Source of the DNA: Candidatus Latescibacterota bacterium
GTDB taxonomy: Bacteria; Latescibacterota; UBA2968; UBA8231
Direction of reading: 5' to 3'
DNA: 64,000 nucleotides
Assembly (NCBI GenBank): GCA_965248265.1
Contig: CBDFJF010000001.1
Coordinates: 1,440,001-1,504,000 of the forward strand
Every line of letters starts with the position of its first letter. Position 1 is the first letter of the stretch. A program made the translations under genes and the position numbers. Below the pieces are notes generated by a model. It was not told where the DNA came from and did no database searches. It was given only the letters and a program-made list of their open reading frames with translations. Positions 18,694-28,237 of this stretch are shown piece after piece.

Positions 18694-21600
18694 CTACAGC
18701 TGTTCAAGTGTCTCTCTGATCGCATCCATATCGTAACGCTGTGCCAGCTCGCGCAGGTGAGAGGCCAGGCTCTGCCCTTCCTCCCCGAGATCCTCGACGC
18801 GCGTCAAATGCCTGCGCAGATCGGTAACACTTTGACCTTGGACCGCTGCGAGCAGGTCGTCGCGCAACGCCCCCGGCAGCTCAACTTCGTGCCAGTCAAC
18901 AACCACTGACTCCACGACCTCGGGCTCCGTTGTGTATTCGTACTCCACGCCTATCTCTTCGGCCAGGCATTGGTAGACGGCTTCCGCGCGTATCGGTTTT
19001 TCGATCAATCGGGCGAAACCCAGTTCCAGGAACCGCTTCCGCTGATGGTCGAACACCGATGCGGTCACCGCCACGACCTTCGCGGTACTCGCTCCGTATT
19101 CGGCGATCAAGCGCTCGAGCGTAGCCGGACCGTCCAGCACCGGCATGCGAATGTCGAGAAGAATGATATCCGGCATACCCTCCCGTACCCTCTCCAAAGC
19201 CTCTTGCCCATCCTCGGCCTCCACGACGTCTACTCCGATTTTGCGCAGAAAAAGAGCGAGGACGTCACGATTCGTCGCCACGTCGTCGACGACGAGAGCT
19301 CGCACGGAAGTGCCCGCGGCGAGATGTCGCACCTTCGACCAGTCCATCCTTGTTTCCCGTGCTCCTGCGACATGCCCTGCTGCAGCGGGTAGTGGCAGGG
19401 TGAAGGAAAACCCTGCACCTTCGCCCGGCCTGGACTCCAGCTCGATGTTCCCCCCCATCATCTCGACGAAGCGGCGCGAGATGGTAAGGCCCAACCCTGT
19501 GCCACCCTGGCGTAATCCTTCCCCTTCTTGCCGGAACGCATCAAAAATGGTCGCCTGCTGCTCCGTGGCAATGCCCGCACCGGTGTCGACGACCTCAAAC
19601 GTGTGCGAATCGTCATCCGGCCGCACCTTCACCCGCAATAGTACCTCGCCTTCACGCGTGAACTTGACGGCATTGCTCAGCAGATTGATCAGCACCTGGC
19701 GCAGCTTGCCCCCGTCGCCGTGCACGGGGAGGTCGGGTAAGCTTTCCTCGAAGCGCCAATCCACATTCTTCCGGTGGCACTGCATGGCGAACATTAACTC
19801 CAGTTCGTGCAGCATGCCCTTCAGGTCAAAATCGGCTTCATGCAGCTCCTCGCGCCCCGCTTCAATCTTAGAGATGTCGAGCACGTCGTTGATCAACCTC
19901 AGCAGTTGCTGTCCGCTGCTTTCGATGGTGCTGATCGCTTTCCGCTGGCTGTCGTTTAGACGGCTGTCGTCACCGAGAATCTGGGTGTAGCCGAGAATGG
20001 CGTTCATCGGGGTCCGCATCTCGTGGCTCATGTTCGCGAGAAACTGACTCTTGGCTTGACTGGCAGCCTGGGCGTGCTGCTTAGCGCGTTGCAACTCATC
20101 ATCGGCCCGCTTGCGCTCCGTGATATCCCGGAACGTACCGACGTAGAATCCCAGATCCTGCCCCGTCTTTGCCTCCGTCACCATCGCTTCCATCGGAAAT
20201 ATCGATCCGTCGGCGCGCCGACCTGTCATCTCGCGATACGTCTGGAGGGCTGCTAGCTGCTTTGGGTCGGGTTCGTCCGCCTTCCCCCCCTCTGCACCGA
20301 ACAGACGCGTCAAGGGCCGGCGAGCCATTTCCTCCTCGCTGTATCCGAAAATCGCTTCGGCGGCCGGATTCCATGTAAGGATGGCGAACGACTCCTTGGC
20401 ACAGGTGACGATGCCGTCCATGGCCGTCTTCACTGTAGCCTCGGTCCGGGCCGTTGCTCTCTCCAGCGCTTCCATCACGAGATTGTATCGCTGGGCGATC
20501 TGCCCGATCTCCGTGAACGGTTCCACCGGTACCCGTAGGTCCAGCGCGCCCGACTTGGACTGGCGATCCATCACCTCGAACAGCTCCAGGAGATCTGTAG
20601 TGGCGCCGTGTTCCGATACGTTTAAACCGACCTCTTCCTGTTCGGGCGTGACTCTGAGTTGAGTGAAGTAGTTGATCGCGGAAAATAGAATGAAGGTTAC
20701 CCCGAAAGCCCAGACGAAGCAGGCTGCGATGCCTGTCGTTTGCGCATTTATCTGATCCCAGAAGCCGAGTCCCGTACCCAGCAAGTCTGGCTCACCGAAG
20801 AGGGCTACAGCCAGTGTTCCCCATATACCTGCGCCCAGGTGAACGGGGACGGCGCCCACGGCATCGTCGATTCGTAGGCGCAGCAGCAGATGGTCCACCC
20901 CCACCATCACTACTCCACCTGCGGCCCCGATGGCAACGGCCGACACCGTCGTCACGGCGAAGGCACTGGCCGTGATGGCCACAAGACCCGCCAGCGAGCC
21001 ATTGAGCATCAGGTCCACGTCTGCACGGTCTCGCGTCAGCCAGCCCAGGGCCACCGCCGCCACCATGCCCGCCGCACCTGCAAACACCGTGTTGGCGATG
21101 ATCCCCGGTACCTGGCCGTTCATGGCGAGCGTACTGCCGCCGTTGAAACCGAACCAGCCCATCCACAGCAGGATGACGCCCAGTGTCGCAACGGGCACGT
21201 TGGCTCCGGGGATCTTGCGTGGCGGTCCATCCTCAGGAAAACGACCGCTGCGCGGACCGATGATCAACAGAAGAGCGAGGGCGCACCACCCGCCAACGCT
21301 GTGAACGACGGTGGAACCGGCGAAATCGACAAATCCCCTCATACCCAACCAACCATTCGGCGCCTCCACATCCACACCACTCCAGGCCCAGTGACCGAAA
21401 ACGGGATACACCAGAACCGCCACTGCCGCAGCCACTAAGAGATAGCTCGAAAACCGAAGCCGCTCCGCGATGGCGCCGGAGATGATCGTCACCGTAGTTC
21501 CACAGAACATGGCTCCAAACAGGAGGAAGACGGCGAACCAGGCTCCAGCTCGACCGAAATCGGGAACGAAATCACTCGTTCCTATCCACCCACCATTCGA

Positions 21601-21801
21601 CGCCCCCCACATGAGCCCGTATCCGACTGCCCAGTACAGGACGATGGACAACCCCAGGTCAGCCAGGTTTTTGACGGCGACATTGATGTTGTTCTTGCTG
21701 CGCGTCAGCCCCGTTTCCAGACACAGAAAACCGCCCTGCATCAGGAAGACCAGGCCGGCGCTGACTGTCACCCAGAGGATGTCTATCAGTGGTTTGTCCA
21801 T
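18694..21801 (-). CDS. amt: Ammonium transporter (Amt) fused to PAS, histidine kinase and receiver domains (hybrid sensor)
   Basis: Amt motifs MQGGFLCLETG, ISGAIAER, DFAGSTVVH, GWFGFNGGS, DDAVGAVPVH, EEVGL; PAS WNPAAEAIFGY; H-box ANMSHEMRTPMNAI; NLLSNAVKFT, DTGAGI, GTGLGL; receiver LLDIRMP. Confidence 0.92.
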   Translation of the reverse strand: MDKPLIDILWVTVSAGLVFLMQGGFLCLETGLTRSKNNINVAVKNLADLGLSIVLYWAVGYGLMWGASNGGWIGTSDFVPDFGRAGAWFAVFLLFGAMFCGTTVTIISGAIAERLRFSSYLLVAAAVAVLVYPVFGHWAWSGVDVEAPNGWLGMRGFVDFAGSTVVHSVGGWCALALLLIIGPRSGRFPEDGPPRKIPGANVPVATLGVILLWMGWFGFNGGSTLAMNGQVPGIIANTVFAGAAGMVAAVALGWLTRDRADVDLMLNGSLAGLVAITASAFAVTTVSAVAIGAAGGVVMVGVDHLLLRLRIDDAVGAVPVHLGAGIWGTLAVALFGEPDLLGTGLGFWDQINAQTTGIAACFVWAFGVTFILFSAINYFTQLRVTPEQEEVGLNVSEHGATTDLLELFEVMDRQSKSGALDLRVPVEPFTEIGQIAQRYNLVMEALERATARTEATVKTAMDGIVTCAKESFAILTWNPAAEAIFGYSEEEMARRPLTRLFGAEGGKADEPDPKQLAALQTYREMTGRRADGSIFPMEAMVTEAKTGQDLGFYVGTFRDITERKRADDELQRAKQHAQAASQAKSQFLANMSHEMRTPMNAILGYTQILGDDSRLNDSQRKAISTIESSGQQLLRLINDVLDISKIEAGREELHEADFDLKGMLHELELMFAMQCHRKNVDWRFEESLPDLPVHGDGGKLRQVLINLLSNAVKFTREGEVLLRVKVRPDDDSHTFEVVDTGAGIATEQQATIFDAFRQEGEGLRQGGTGLGLTISRRFVEMMGGNIELESRPGEGAGFSFTLPLPAAAGHVAGARETRMDWSKVRHLAAGTSVRALVVDDVATNRDVLALFLRKIGVDVVEAEDGQEALERVREGMPDIILLDIRMPVLDGPATLERLIAEYGASTAKVVAVTASVFDHQRKRFLELGFARLIEKPIRAEAVYQCLAEEIGVEYEYTTEPEVVESVVVDWHEVELPGALRDDLLAAVQGQSVTDLRRHLTRVEDLGEEGQSLASHLRELAQRYDMDAIRETLEQL

Positions 21802-21918
21802 AGATGTCCGGAGTATAGGTAGGACACAGCTGTATTGATAGCAGCTTGCTTGGCTGCGGTCCCTGCATGATACTTCGAGAGCTACCGAAAGACAACCTGT
21901 TACCCTGGACAAGATGTC

Positions 21919-22869
21919 ATGAGAAAATTGTTCGTGACCGTCCTTCTCGTGAGCGTTACGTGGAGCAGTAAAGCGATGACTCAGTCGGCATCAACGGTTT
22001 CCTTTCACGGCTACGACGACTGTATTCGGCTCGAGAATGAAAGCAGCCGGGTTACGCTCTCTCCCGCCAGCGGCGGCCGGGTATTGGAGTACACCCTGAA
22101 TGGAAAAAATGCGATGTTCCTGCCTCCTGGCCAGGAAGGCGGGCTCTACGCAGGGCGGTTTGATATCGGTCCCGAACAGACTATACCTGCGCATCCGGAC
22201 CTGTGGGGCGGGCAGTGGACAGGCGAGATTACCGGGCGCGGGTCGGCTCGCCTGACCAGTGTCCAAGATCCTGCGACCGGCGTGCAGCTGATTCGCGATT
22301 TTGAACTCGACGCGAAGTCTTCGCGTCTGACGTGTACGCAGATCATGACGAATGTGTCGGATCGACCCAACGCGTACTGCTATTGGAGTCGAACGCTGGC
22401 ACTCGGTGGCGGCATTTGCGTAATCCCGGTGACAGAACCCAGCCGTTTTCCAAACTCCTACGTCATGTATGAGCCCGATAACGCGATCAATTTCCTTCCC
22501 GTAGATCCGAACATTCGAATGCGCGATGGATTTATCGAGATCGTGGGGGCTCCCAAGTATCCCAAGGTGGGTATGGATACCTTTGACGGCTGGATGGCCT
22601 ATGTGATGAAGAACGATGTCATGTTCGTGAAGGGGTTTCCCGTCTATCCCGACCGCGCTTACAACGAGATCGCGGGCTTTACCCTGGCCATCTACTACCC
22701 GGAACACATGTGCGAGCTCGAACCGATTGGCCCCCGTGAGAGCTTGCAGCCCGGTGAGAGCGCGTCCTTCACGGAGACATGGGTCTTGCTGCCCCATGAG
22801 TATCCTGCACCTGGGAAACAGCTGGACCTGCAGAACGTGGCTGCCAAGGCCATCGCTGCCATTGAGTAA
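21919..22869 (+). CDS. Galactose-mutarotase-like / DUF4380-like protein with possible signal peptide
   Basis: GGRVLEY, GRFDIGPE, ELEPIGP, LQPGESASFTETW; TTGCTT-N17-GATACT upstream. Confidence 0.6.
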   Translation: MRKLFVTVLLVSVTWSSKAMTQSASTVSFHGYDDCIRLENESSRVTLSPASGGRVLEYTLNGKNAMFLPPGQEGGLYAGRFDIGPEQTIPAHPDLWGGQWTGEITGRGSARLTSVQDPATGVQLIRDFELDAKSSRLTCTQIMTNVSDRPNAYCYWSRTLALGGGICVIPVTEPSRFPNSYVMYEPDNAINFLPVDPNIRMRDGFIEIVGAPKYPKVGMDTFDGWMAYVMKNDVMFVKGFPVYPDRAYNEIAGFTLAIYYPEHMCELEPIGPRESLQPGESASFTETWVLLPHEYPAPGKQLDLQNVAAKAIAAIE

Positions 22870-22968
22870 TCCCTCGCCTACGTGGCCTGTTGAACCGACT
22901 GACGAGGCGCAGCATTGGCTCGAGTTGGCCGAGGCCTCAACCGACCACTTCGTCAAAGGAGTTGATAA

Positions 22969-24138
22969 GTGAAGATGTATCGTGTGGCTATTCTGGGTTG
23001 TCGAGGACGGGGGACAGCTGCCGCCAGAGGATACGATCAGCACCCCCGCACCGAGCTAGTCGGCCTTTGTGATCTGGTCCCGGAACGACTCGATGCGATG
23101 GGGGAAGAATTCGGTGTACCTGCGCGGTTTAACGACTACCACGAGATGATCGAGCAGACAAAGCCGGACATCGTCGCCATCCCGACAGGGACCGAGTTTC
23201 ACTACGAGTTGGCCATGGGCGTACTCGAACACGGAGTGCACATCGACGTCGAAAAGCCGATGTGCGTCGATCTGGAGCAATCTGACAAGCTACTGGCACG
23301 GGCGCAATCGCAAGGGGTGCGAATCGCCGTCCATCACCAGGGCAGGACAGGCGGGCATTTCAGAGCCGTGCAGCGAGCGCTACATGAAGGGCGCATCGGC
23401 GAGCTCAGGTATCTCCTCGGTAGCGGTAAGGGGTACTACGCCGGTTACGGACTGATGAACATCGGAACCCACATGCTCAACAACATTATCGGAGTCGCCG
23501 GCCACTGTCGCAGCGTCTCGTCGACGGTGCTCACAGACGGACGCCGTATCACTCCGAACGACGTGGTTCCAGCCGCCAGCGGCATGGGGTACGTGGCGGG
23601 AGAGCGTGCGACTGCGTCACTGGAGTTCGAGGGGAACGTCACCGGAACGCTGCTACAGCACCGTTTCCCCAAAGTGGATTCCACAGGTTACTGTCTGGAG
23701 ATCTACGGCACGGAAGGCAGGTTGTTCTGGAAGAGCGGAGCCGCGTATTACCTTCCGGTCCCGCACGACGTACCAACAGGCGACGGTCAATGGCAGGCGC
23801 TCGAACCGATCTCAGCGCAAACATACGACCCTGACGGCGCAGCCGATGAAGCCGACTACTGTTTTGCCGACGAATACGTACAGGCCCTGGACCAGAATCG
23901 CGAGCACGAGTGCAGCGGCAAAGAGGCCCGGCACGTGATCGAGATCCTGATGGCCATTTTCGAATCGGGAGCGTACGGCTGCCGCGTGGATCTGCCACAG
24001 GAGGATCGCCGCAACCCATTGCTGCGGTGGCGGGAAGAAGCCGGTCTGGGCTTGCCTGAGCCTCTGCCGCGGCCCTACTACGAATGGCTGGCCGCCGAAG
24101 ACGCCAGACTGGGCCGCCTGGCAACGACCCCATCGTAA
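22969..24138 (+). CDS. Gfo/Idh/MocA family oxidoreductase
   Basis: ILGCRGRG, PDIVAIPT, VEKPM, NIGTH; AAGGAG SD. Confidence 0.9.
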   Translation: MKMYRVAILGCRGRGTAAARGYDQHPRTELVGLCDLVPERLDAMGEEFGVPARFNDYHEMIEQTKPDIVAIPTGTEFHYELAMGVLEHGVHIDVEKPMCVDLEQSDKLLARAQSQGVRIAVHHQGRTGGHFRAVQRALHEGRIGELRYLLGSGKGYYAGYGLMNIGTHMLNNIIGVAGHCRSVSSTVLTDGRRITPNDVVPAASGMGYVAGERATASLEFEGNVTGTLLQHRFPKVDSTGYCLEIYGTEGRLFWKSGAAYYLPVPHDVPTGDGQWQALEPISAQTYDPDGAADEADYCFADEYVQALDQNREHECSGKEARHVIEILMAIFESGAYGCRVDLPQEDRRNPLLRWREEAGLGLPEPLPRPYYEWLAAEDARLGRLATTPS

Positions 24139-24232
24139 CCCCGCACAGCCTACCCCCAATCCGCGGGGGCCAGCGACGAGCACTGCTGACGGCTGCTCGC
24201 AGCCAATCTGCCGTGGCGAGCTGCTCTGACCG

Positions 24233-24388
24233 CTAGATGTCGCCGTCGTGGAGCACGGTCACGTAGGCACAGAAGGCACCCTCCCAGGGCCGATCGAATC
24301 TCAGGGCCACTTCTGCCGGTCGAGGGTGGTGGAGGACGAGTCGAGTCCCAAGCAGCTCGTCATCCGCTGCCACAGTAAGGGCCATCAT
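24233..24388 (-). pseudogene. 5' stub of a five-bladed beta-propeller (GH32/43-like) gene
   Basis: Reads RLVLHHPRPAEVALRFDRPWEGAFCAYVTVLHDGDI then TAG, where homologs as I recall them continue YRMYY. Confidence 0.55.
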
Positions 24389-24430
24389 GGGGTTCTGGCG
24401 CACGTCAGCATTCCACAGGAATAGGACTGA

Positions 24431-24553
24431 TTACATCCTTGAGCAAGATCCCCCGCCCGTCCCGCCAGACGTAATACTTGTCAGTCTCCTCGACGATTTC
24501 CTCACCGCACGCGAATGGGCATCAAACCCGAAGTAGGTGTGAACATCATTTTC
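24431..24553 (-). pseudogene. Possible fragments of a uroporphyrinogen decarboxylase/MtaA-family gene
   Basis: ENDVHTYFGFD and, in another frame, EEIVEETDKYYVWRDGRGILLK. Confidence 0.35.
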
Positions 24554-24991
24554 CACGACACGAGGCTTTGCCGACGAGGGTTTCCTCTCTTCAATCCGTT
24601 TCCCATGTTTCTCTCTTTCCTGTTGTGGCCGGTCCGGGCCCAAGCCGAAGGGTGCTGGGAACGGGCTGACAAGCGTCCATTCGACCGACTCGCCGGCCCT
24701 GATCCACCCCCGATCCACTACCTCATCTCACGCTGCATCCATCCCGCCGCTCACAACCCATCTCGACACCATCCCGCCGCCGACCTAGACTAATCATAAT
24801 TGTGCCCGTTTTATAATCACTACCATTGGCCAGGTGGCACGTTTCACCGCGCCACCACACCAGCTATCAGGACAAGAGCACATTCGATCGCGAGTTCTAC
24901 CTCGTCCGCGGCGAGGACCCGCACAATCGCGGACTGAAAAGAAACCCGGATGAATGAGCGCATGGCCGCAGTCGCCACGGAGGAGTAACGG

Positions 24992-27043
24992 ATGAGCATG
25001 CGTCTTCAGGGCAGGGTGACCTGCACGGAAACGGGCCGCGATCTCGCGGATGTACTGGTGTCCAATGGCGAGCAGGTGGTGAAAACGGGCGCGGATGGTT
25101 CCTACCATATCGCGGTCGAGGTGGGCGTGCATCGGTTCATTTGGGTCTGCTCCCCGGCCGGCTACCGCGCCGCTGACTTCTACAGTCGGATACCTGCCCA
25201 CGGCAGCGACGTCGATTTTGGTCTGACGCCGGCGCCAGAGCGCGTGGCTGGCTCGTTCCGGTTCGTCCAGATCACCGATTCCCACGTGGGCAAGGACTCG
25301 TCTCCCCACGGAGTCTACCGGGATGCCATCCACGATGTGGTCGCGCAAGTCGACCCCGCCTTCATCATCCACAGTGGTGACCTTACCAACCGCGGCACGA
25401 TCGCCGAGTTCGAGAGCTACCAGCTCGCCATTCGCGGCATCCAGACACCGATATTCTCCCTCTTCGGCAACCATGACGGCGTCACTAACCGCGCCGACGC
25501 CGATGGGGCCGACGTCACCCACACCACGAATTTCAACGAGGTGCTTGGTCCGGCCTACTTCAGTTTCGACTGGGGACCACTCCATTTCTGTCTCTACGCC
25601 GACTTCGACCTGTTCTTCTCCACGGCGGACCAGCAGAGACGCCGCGACTGGCTGCGCGCCGATCTTGAGGCGCAACCAGCCGGCCGCGCTACCGTCCTCG
25701 CGATTCACAAACCGGCGCCGGATGAGTTCATCGCCGACATGAACCGGCTCGGCGTGGCCGCCGTTCTCTGCGGGCACCTGCACGCGAACAAGGCCTACGA
25801 CCATGAAGGCACGACCGTGCTGACGACCTCGACCTTCTGTTTTGGCGGCATCGACTCGTCGCCACGCAGCTACCGCGTCCTCCATGTTGACGGCCAGACC
25901 ATCGTCAGCGACCTGCGGGCCCTCCAGGCACCGCGACTGAAACCGTGTACCCCCGAGGGTGTGCGCGTTGGTGAGTACCGACTCGAACGCGTGTGGAGCA
26001 CGACGTTGGCCGGAAATCTTCATCGGGCATCCCCCGTCGCCCACGACAACCGGCTCTTCGTCAGCCAGCGCGACGAGGATCTGACAGGGGGTCCGGGCGT
26101 AACTTGCCTCGACGCTGTCACCGGCGCACGCCAGTGGGAGACCGTCACGGAAAGCGCCGTCAAGAACCGGGTCGCCGTGGGGGGGGACGGCCATTGTGCC
26201 GCGCTGGGCGTCTCGGGATGTCTGTTCCTGCTCGACACCGACAGCGGCCAGGTTCGTTGGAGGCGCGATCTTCCACGGTTTCCGCAGCGCTGGCTCTTCG
26301 GCTCTCCAGTCGTCGATCAGGGACACGTATACTGCGGTGGCCGAGGAGGCTACGGGGCATGGCGCATCGACACCGGCGATGTCGCCTGGTACACGGAGCT
26401 GGATACGACCGACATCTACGCGTGCTATGCGATCCCCGTACTCACCGAGCACCTGCTCATCAACGTCGTGCAGGGCAATGGCGGTGCGGTGGCGCTCAGG
26501 CGGGGCACGGGGGAAATCGCCTGGCGCCGCGAGGAACAGGGTGGAGTCCACTACATGGCCGCCGGCCCCGTGCTGATGAACGGAAACCGCGTGATTCTGC
26601 CAGGCGCACAGAACATGCTTTTGTGTCTGCGGGCGGATACCGGCGAGGAGATCTGGCGGTCAGCGTTCGACAATGGTGTAGCAACCGGTCTGACTGGCGC
26701 TGGCGATCGTATCCTGGTAAGCACCGAAGCGGACGGAGCCCAGTGCATCGATGCGGACAGCGGCGAACCCATGTGGCGTTTCGATCCTGGACCTGATCTG
26801 ATGGATGCGACGCCCATGCACAGAGGCGATGCGACGTTGCTGGCGGCCCCGGTTTGCTGGGAAAGCTACGCGCTGATCGGCGGCAACGACGGCGTGCTGT
26901 ATTTCCTGGACGCCTCCTCCGGTGAGTGCGCGGCGCAGCTGTTTGTCGGCGCGCCAATCACGGCCGCCCCCTGCGTGCTGGCCGACGGCCTGTGCGTGGC
27001 CACCTGGGATGGCCGACTGATACGCTACGGCGTTGTGGACTGA
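24992..27043 (+). CDS. Calcineurin-like metallophosphoesterase fused to a PQQ-type beta-propeller
   Basis: QITDSH, SGDLT, GNHD, CGHLH; repeated D..tGe..W propeller motifs; GGAGGAG SD. Confidence 0.85.
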   Translation: MSMRLQGRVTCTETGRDLADVLVSNGEQVVKTGADGSYHIAVEVGVHRFIWVCSPAGYRAADFYSRIPAHGSDVDFGLTPAPERVAGSFRFVQITDSHVGKDSSPHGVYRDAIHDVVAQVDPAFIIHSGDLTNRGTIAEFESYQLAIRGIQTPIFSLFGNHDGVTNRADADGADVTHTTNFNEVLGPAYFSFDWGPLHFCLYADFDLFFSTADQQRRRDWLRADLEAQPAGRATVLAIHKPAPDEFIADMNRLGVAAVLCGHLHANKAYDHEGTTVLTTSTFCFGGIDSSPRSYRVLHVDGQTIVSDLRALQAPRLKPCTPEGVRVGEYRLERVWSTTLAGNLHRASPVAHDNRLFVSQRDEDLTGGPGVTCLDAVTGARQWETVTESAVKNRVAVGGDGHCAALGVSGCLFLLDTDSGQVRWRRDLPRFPQRWLFGSPVVDQGHVYCGGRGGYGAWRIDTGDVAWYTELDTTDIYACYAIPVLTEHLLINVVQGNGGAVALRRGTGEIAWRREEQGGVHYMAAGPVLMNGNRVILPGAQNMLLCLRADTGEEIWRSAFDNGVATGLTGAGDRILVSTEADGAQCIDADSGEPMWRFDPGPDLMDATPMHRGDATLLAAPVCWESYALIGGNDGVLYFLDASSGECAAQLFVGAPITAAPCVLADGLCVATWDGRLIRYGVVD

Positions 27044-27049
27044 TGGCTC

Positions 27050-27199
27050 TCACGGCTGGTTCGCCACCATCATCTCACTGATGCGCGTCACCAATGTGTA
27101 CCCCAGCGTCGTTACCGCAGCAATGGCAATGGCCAGCAACACCAGAATGAGCTGCTCACGCCTGGGTCGTTTCGGGGGTGGCGTTGGTTCTCCAAACAT
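27050..27199 (-). CDS. Small single-pass membrane protein (49 aa)
   Basis: MFGEPTPPPKRPRREQ followed by one hydrophobic helix; GGAG upstream; fills the gap between genes. Confidence 0.4.
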   Translation of the reverse strand: MFGEPTPPPKRPRREQLILVLLAIAIAAVTTLGYTLVTRISEMMVANQP

Positions 27200-27380
27200 G
27201 ACCTTCAGCTCCGGGTTGACTCCGCGGTAGCGGCTCGACACGACTATCGCGTTGTGTGCCCTTGTCGGCAATAGCGCGGACCTTTCGCTTGACTATCCCA
27301 CCGATAACGTCGTTCATGTCTCGTGGCTGATGCAACAGGTTCCCCAACTGAATTGTCGTCCTCACTGAATCGGAGTCTCG

Positions 27381-28208
27381 ATGCCCAAGTCAGGAGAAAA
27401 ACCCAGCGCCCATCTCTACCCGGAAGGGGGACCGGGGCGGCAGTTGAAGGGGCGGTTGAAAGCGGGCGAGGTGTTGGTGGGGGGGATCATCTTCGAATAC
27501 ACGCGCCCGCCGCTCGTCAGATTTTACCAGCAGGCCGGTTTCGATTTCATCTACATCGAGTATGAGCACATGTTCATGGACCCGTCATCGCTCGTGGATA
27601 CGGTTCAGTGCGCTCGCGACAATGGGCTGCCCGTCATCGCCAAGCCACCGACGTTGGACCAGGCCGAGGTGGCCAAACTCATGGAATGTGGCGTCGTCGG
27701 CCTGCAGTTGCCGCGCACCGGGTCGAGGGAGGAGATAGCCACGCTTATCGATTGGGCGCGGTACACCCCGCTCGGCCACCGCTCCATGGCTTCCGGGTAC
27801 GGTAACAGCGACTACGTGCGGCCCGATGACAAACGCGCCTGGATGGATGAGCAGAATCAAGAGATAACGGTCGTGGCCATGATCGAGACACGGCTGGGAT
27901 ACCAGAACGCGGAGGAGATCATCAGCACACCCGGCGTCGACATGCTCTACGTCGGACCTGGCGATTTCTCGGTGGAGATGGGCCAACCCGGCAATGCCGA
28001 GCACCCCGACGTCAGGGGGCCTGCAGAGGAAATCCTGCAGATCTGCAAGAAGTACGGCGTCCCCTTCGGGACCACGGCAGCCACTCTGGAGGCAGCCAAA
28101 CGCTACGTCGACATGGGCGCCCAGTTTTTCCTGACGGAGGATGAACGCACATTCATCACCACGGGCGCAGCTAGATTGGTCGAAGATTATCGCGGGATAC
28201 TGGCCTGA
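27381..28208 (+). CDS. HpcH/HpaI class II aldolase
   Basis: AGFDFIYIEYEH, YTPLGHRS, AMIET, VGPGDFS. Confidence 0.88.
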   Translation: MPKSGEKPSAHLYPEGGPGRQLKGRLKAGEVLVGGIIFEYTRPPLVRFYQQAGFDFIYIEYEHMFMDPSSLVDTVQCARDNGLPVIAKPPTLDQAEVAKLMECGVVGLQLPRTGSREEIATLIDWARYTPLGHRSMASGYGNSDYVRPDDKRAWMDEQNQEITVVAMIETRLGYQNAEEIISTPGVDMLYVGPGDFSVEMGQPGNAEHPDVRGPAEEILQICKKYGVPFGTTAATLEAAKRYVDMGAQFFLTEDERTFITTGAARLVEDYRGILA

Positions 28209-28237
28209 AGACCAGGACTCCGGCGAGCTTGATTAGC

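Noticed and set aside
22870-22968. Coding-like intergenic stretch ending at the next SD
   Set aside because: No start or recognisable motif.
24233-24235. TAG read-through (pyrrolysine) in the propeller stub
   Set aside because: Sequence after the TAG does not continue the family pattern and runs into the convergent gene.
24794-26551. 585-aa minus-strand ORF
   Set aside because: Antisense to the metallophosphoesterase; no motifs.
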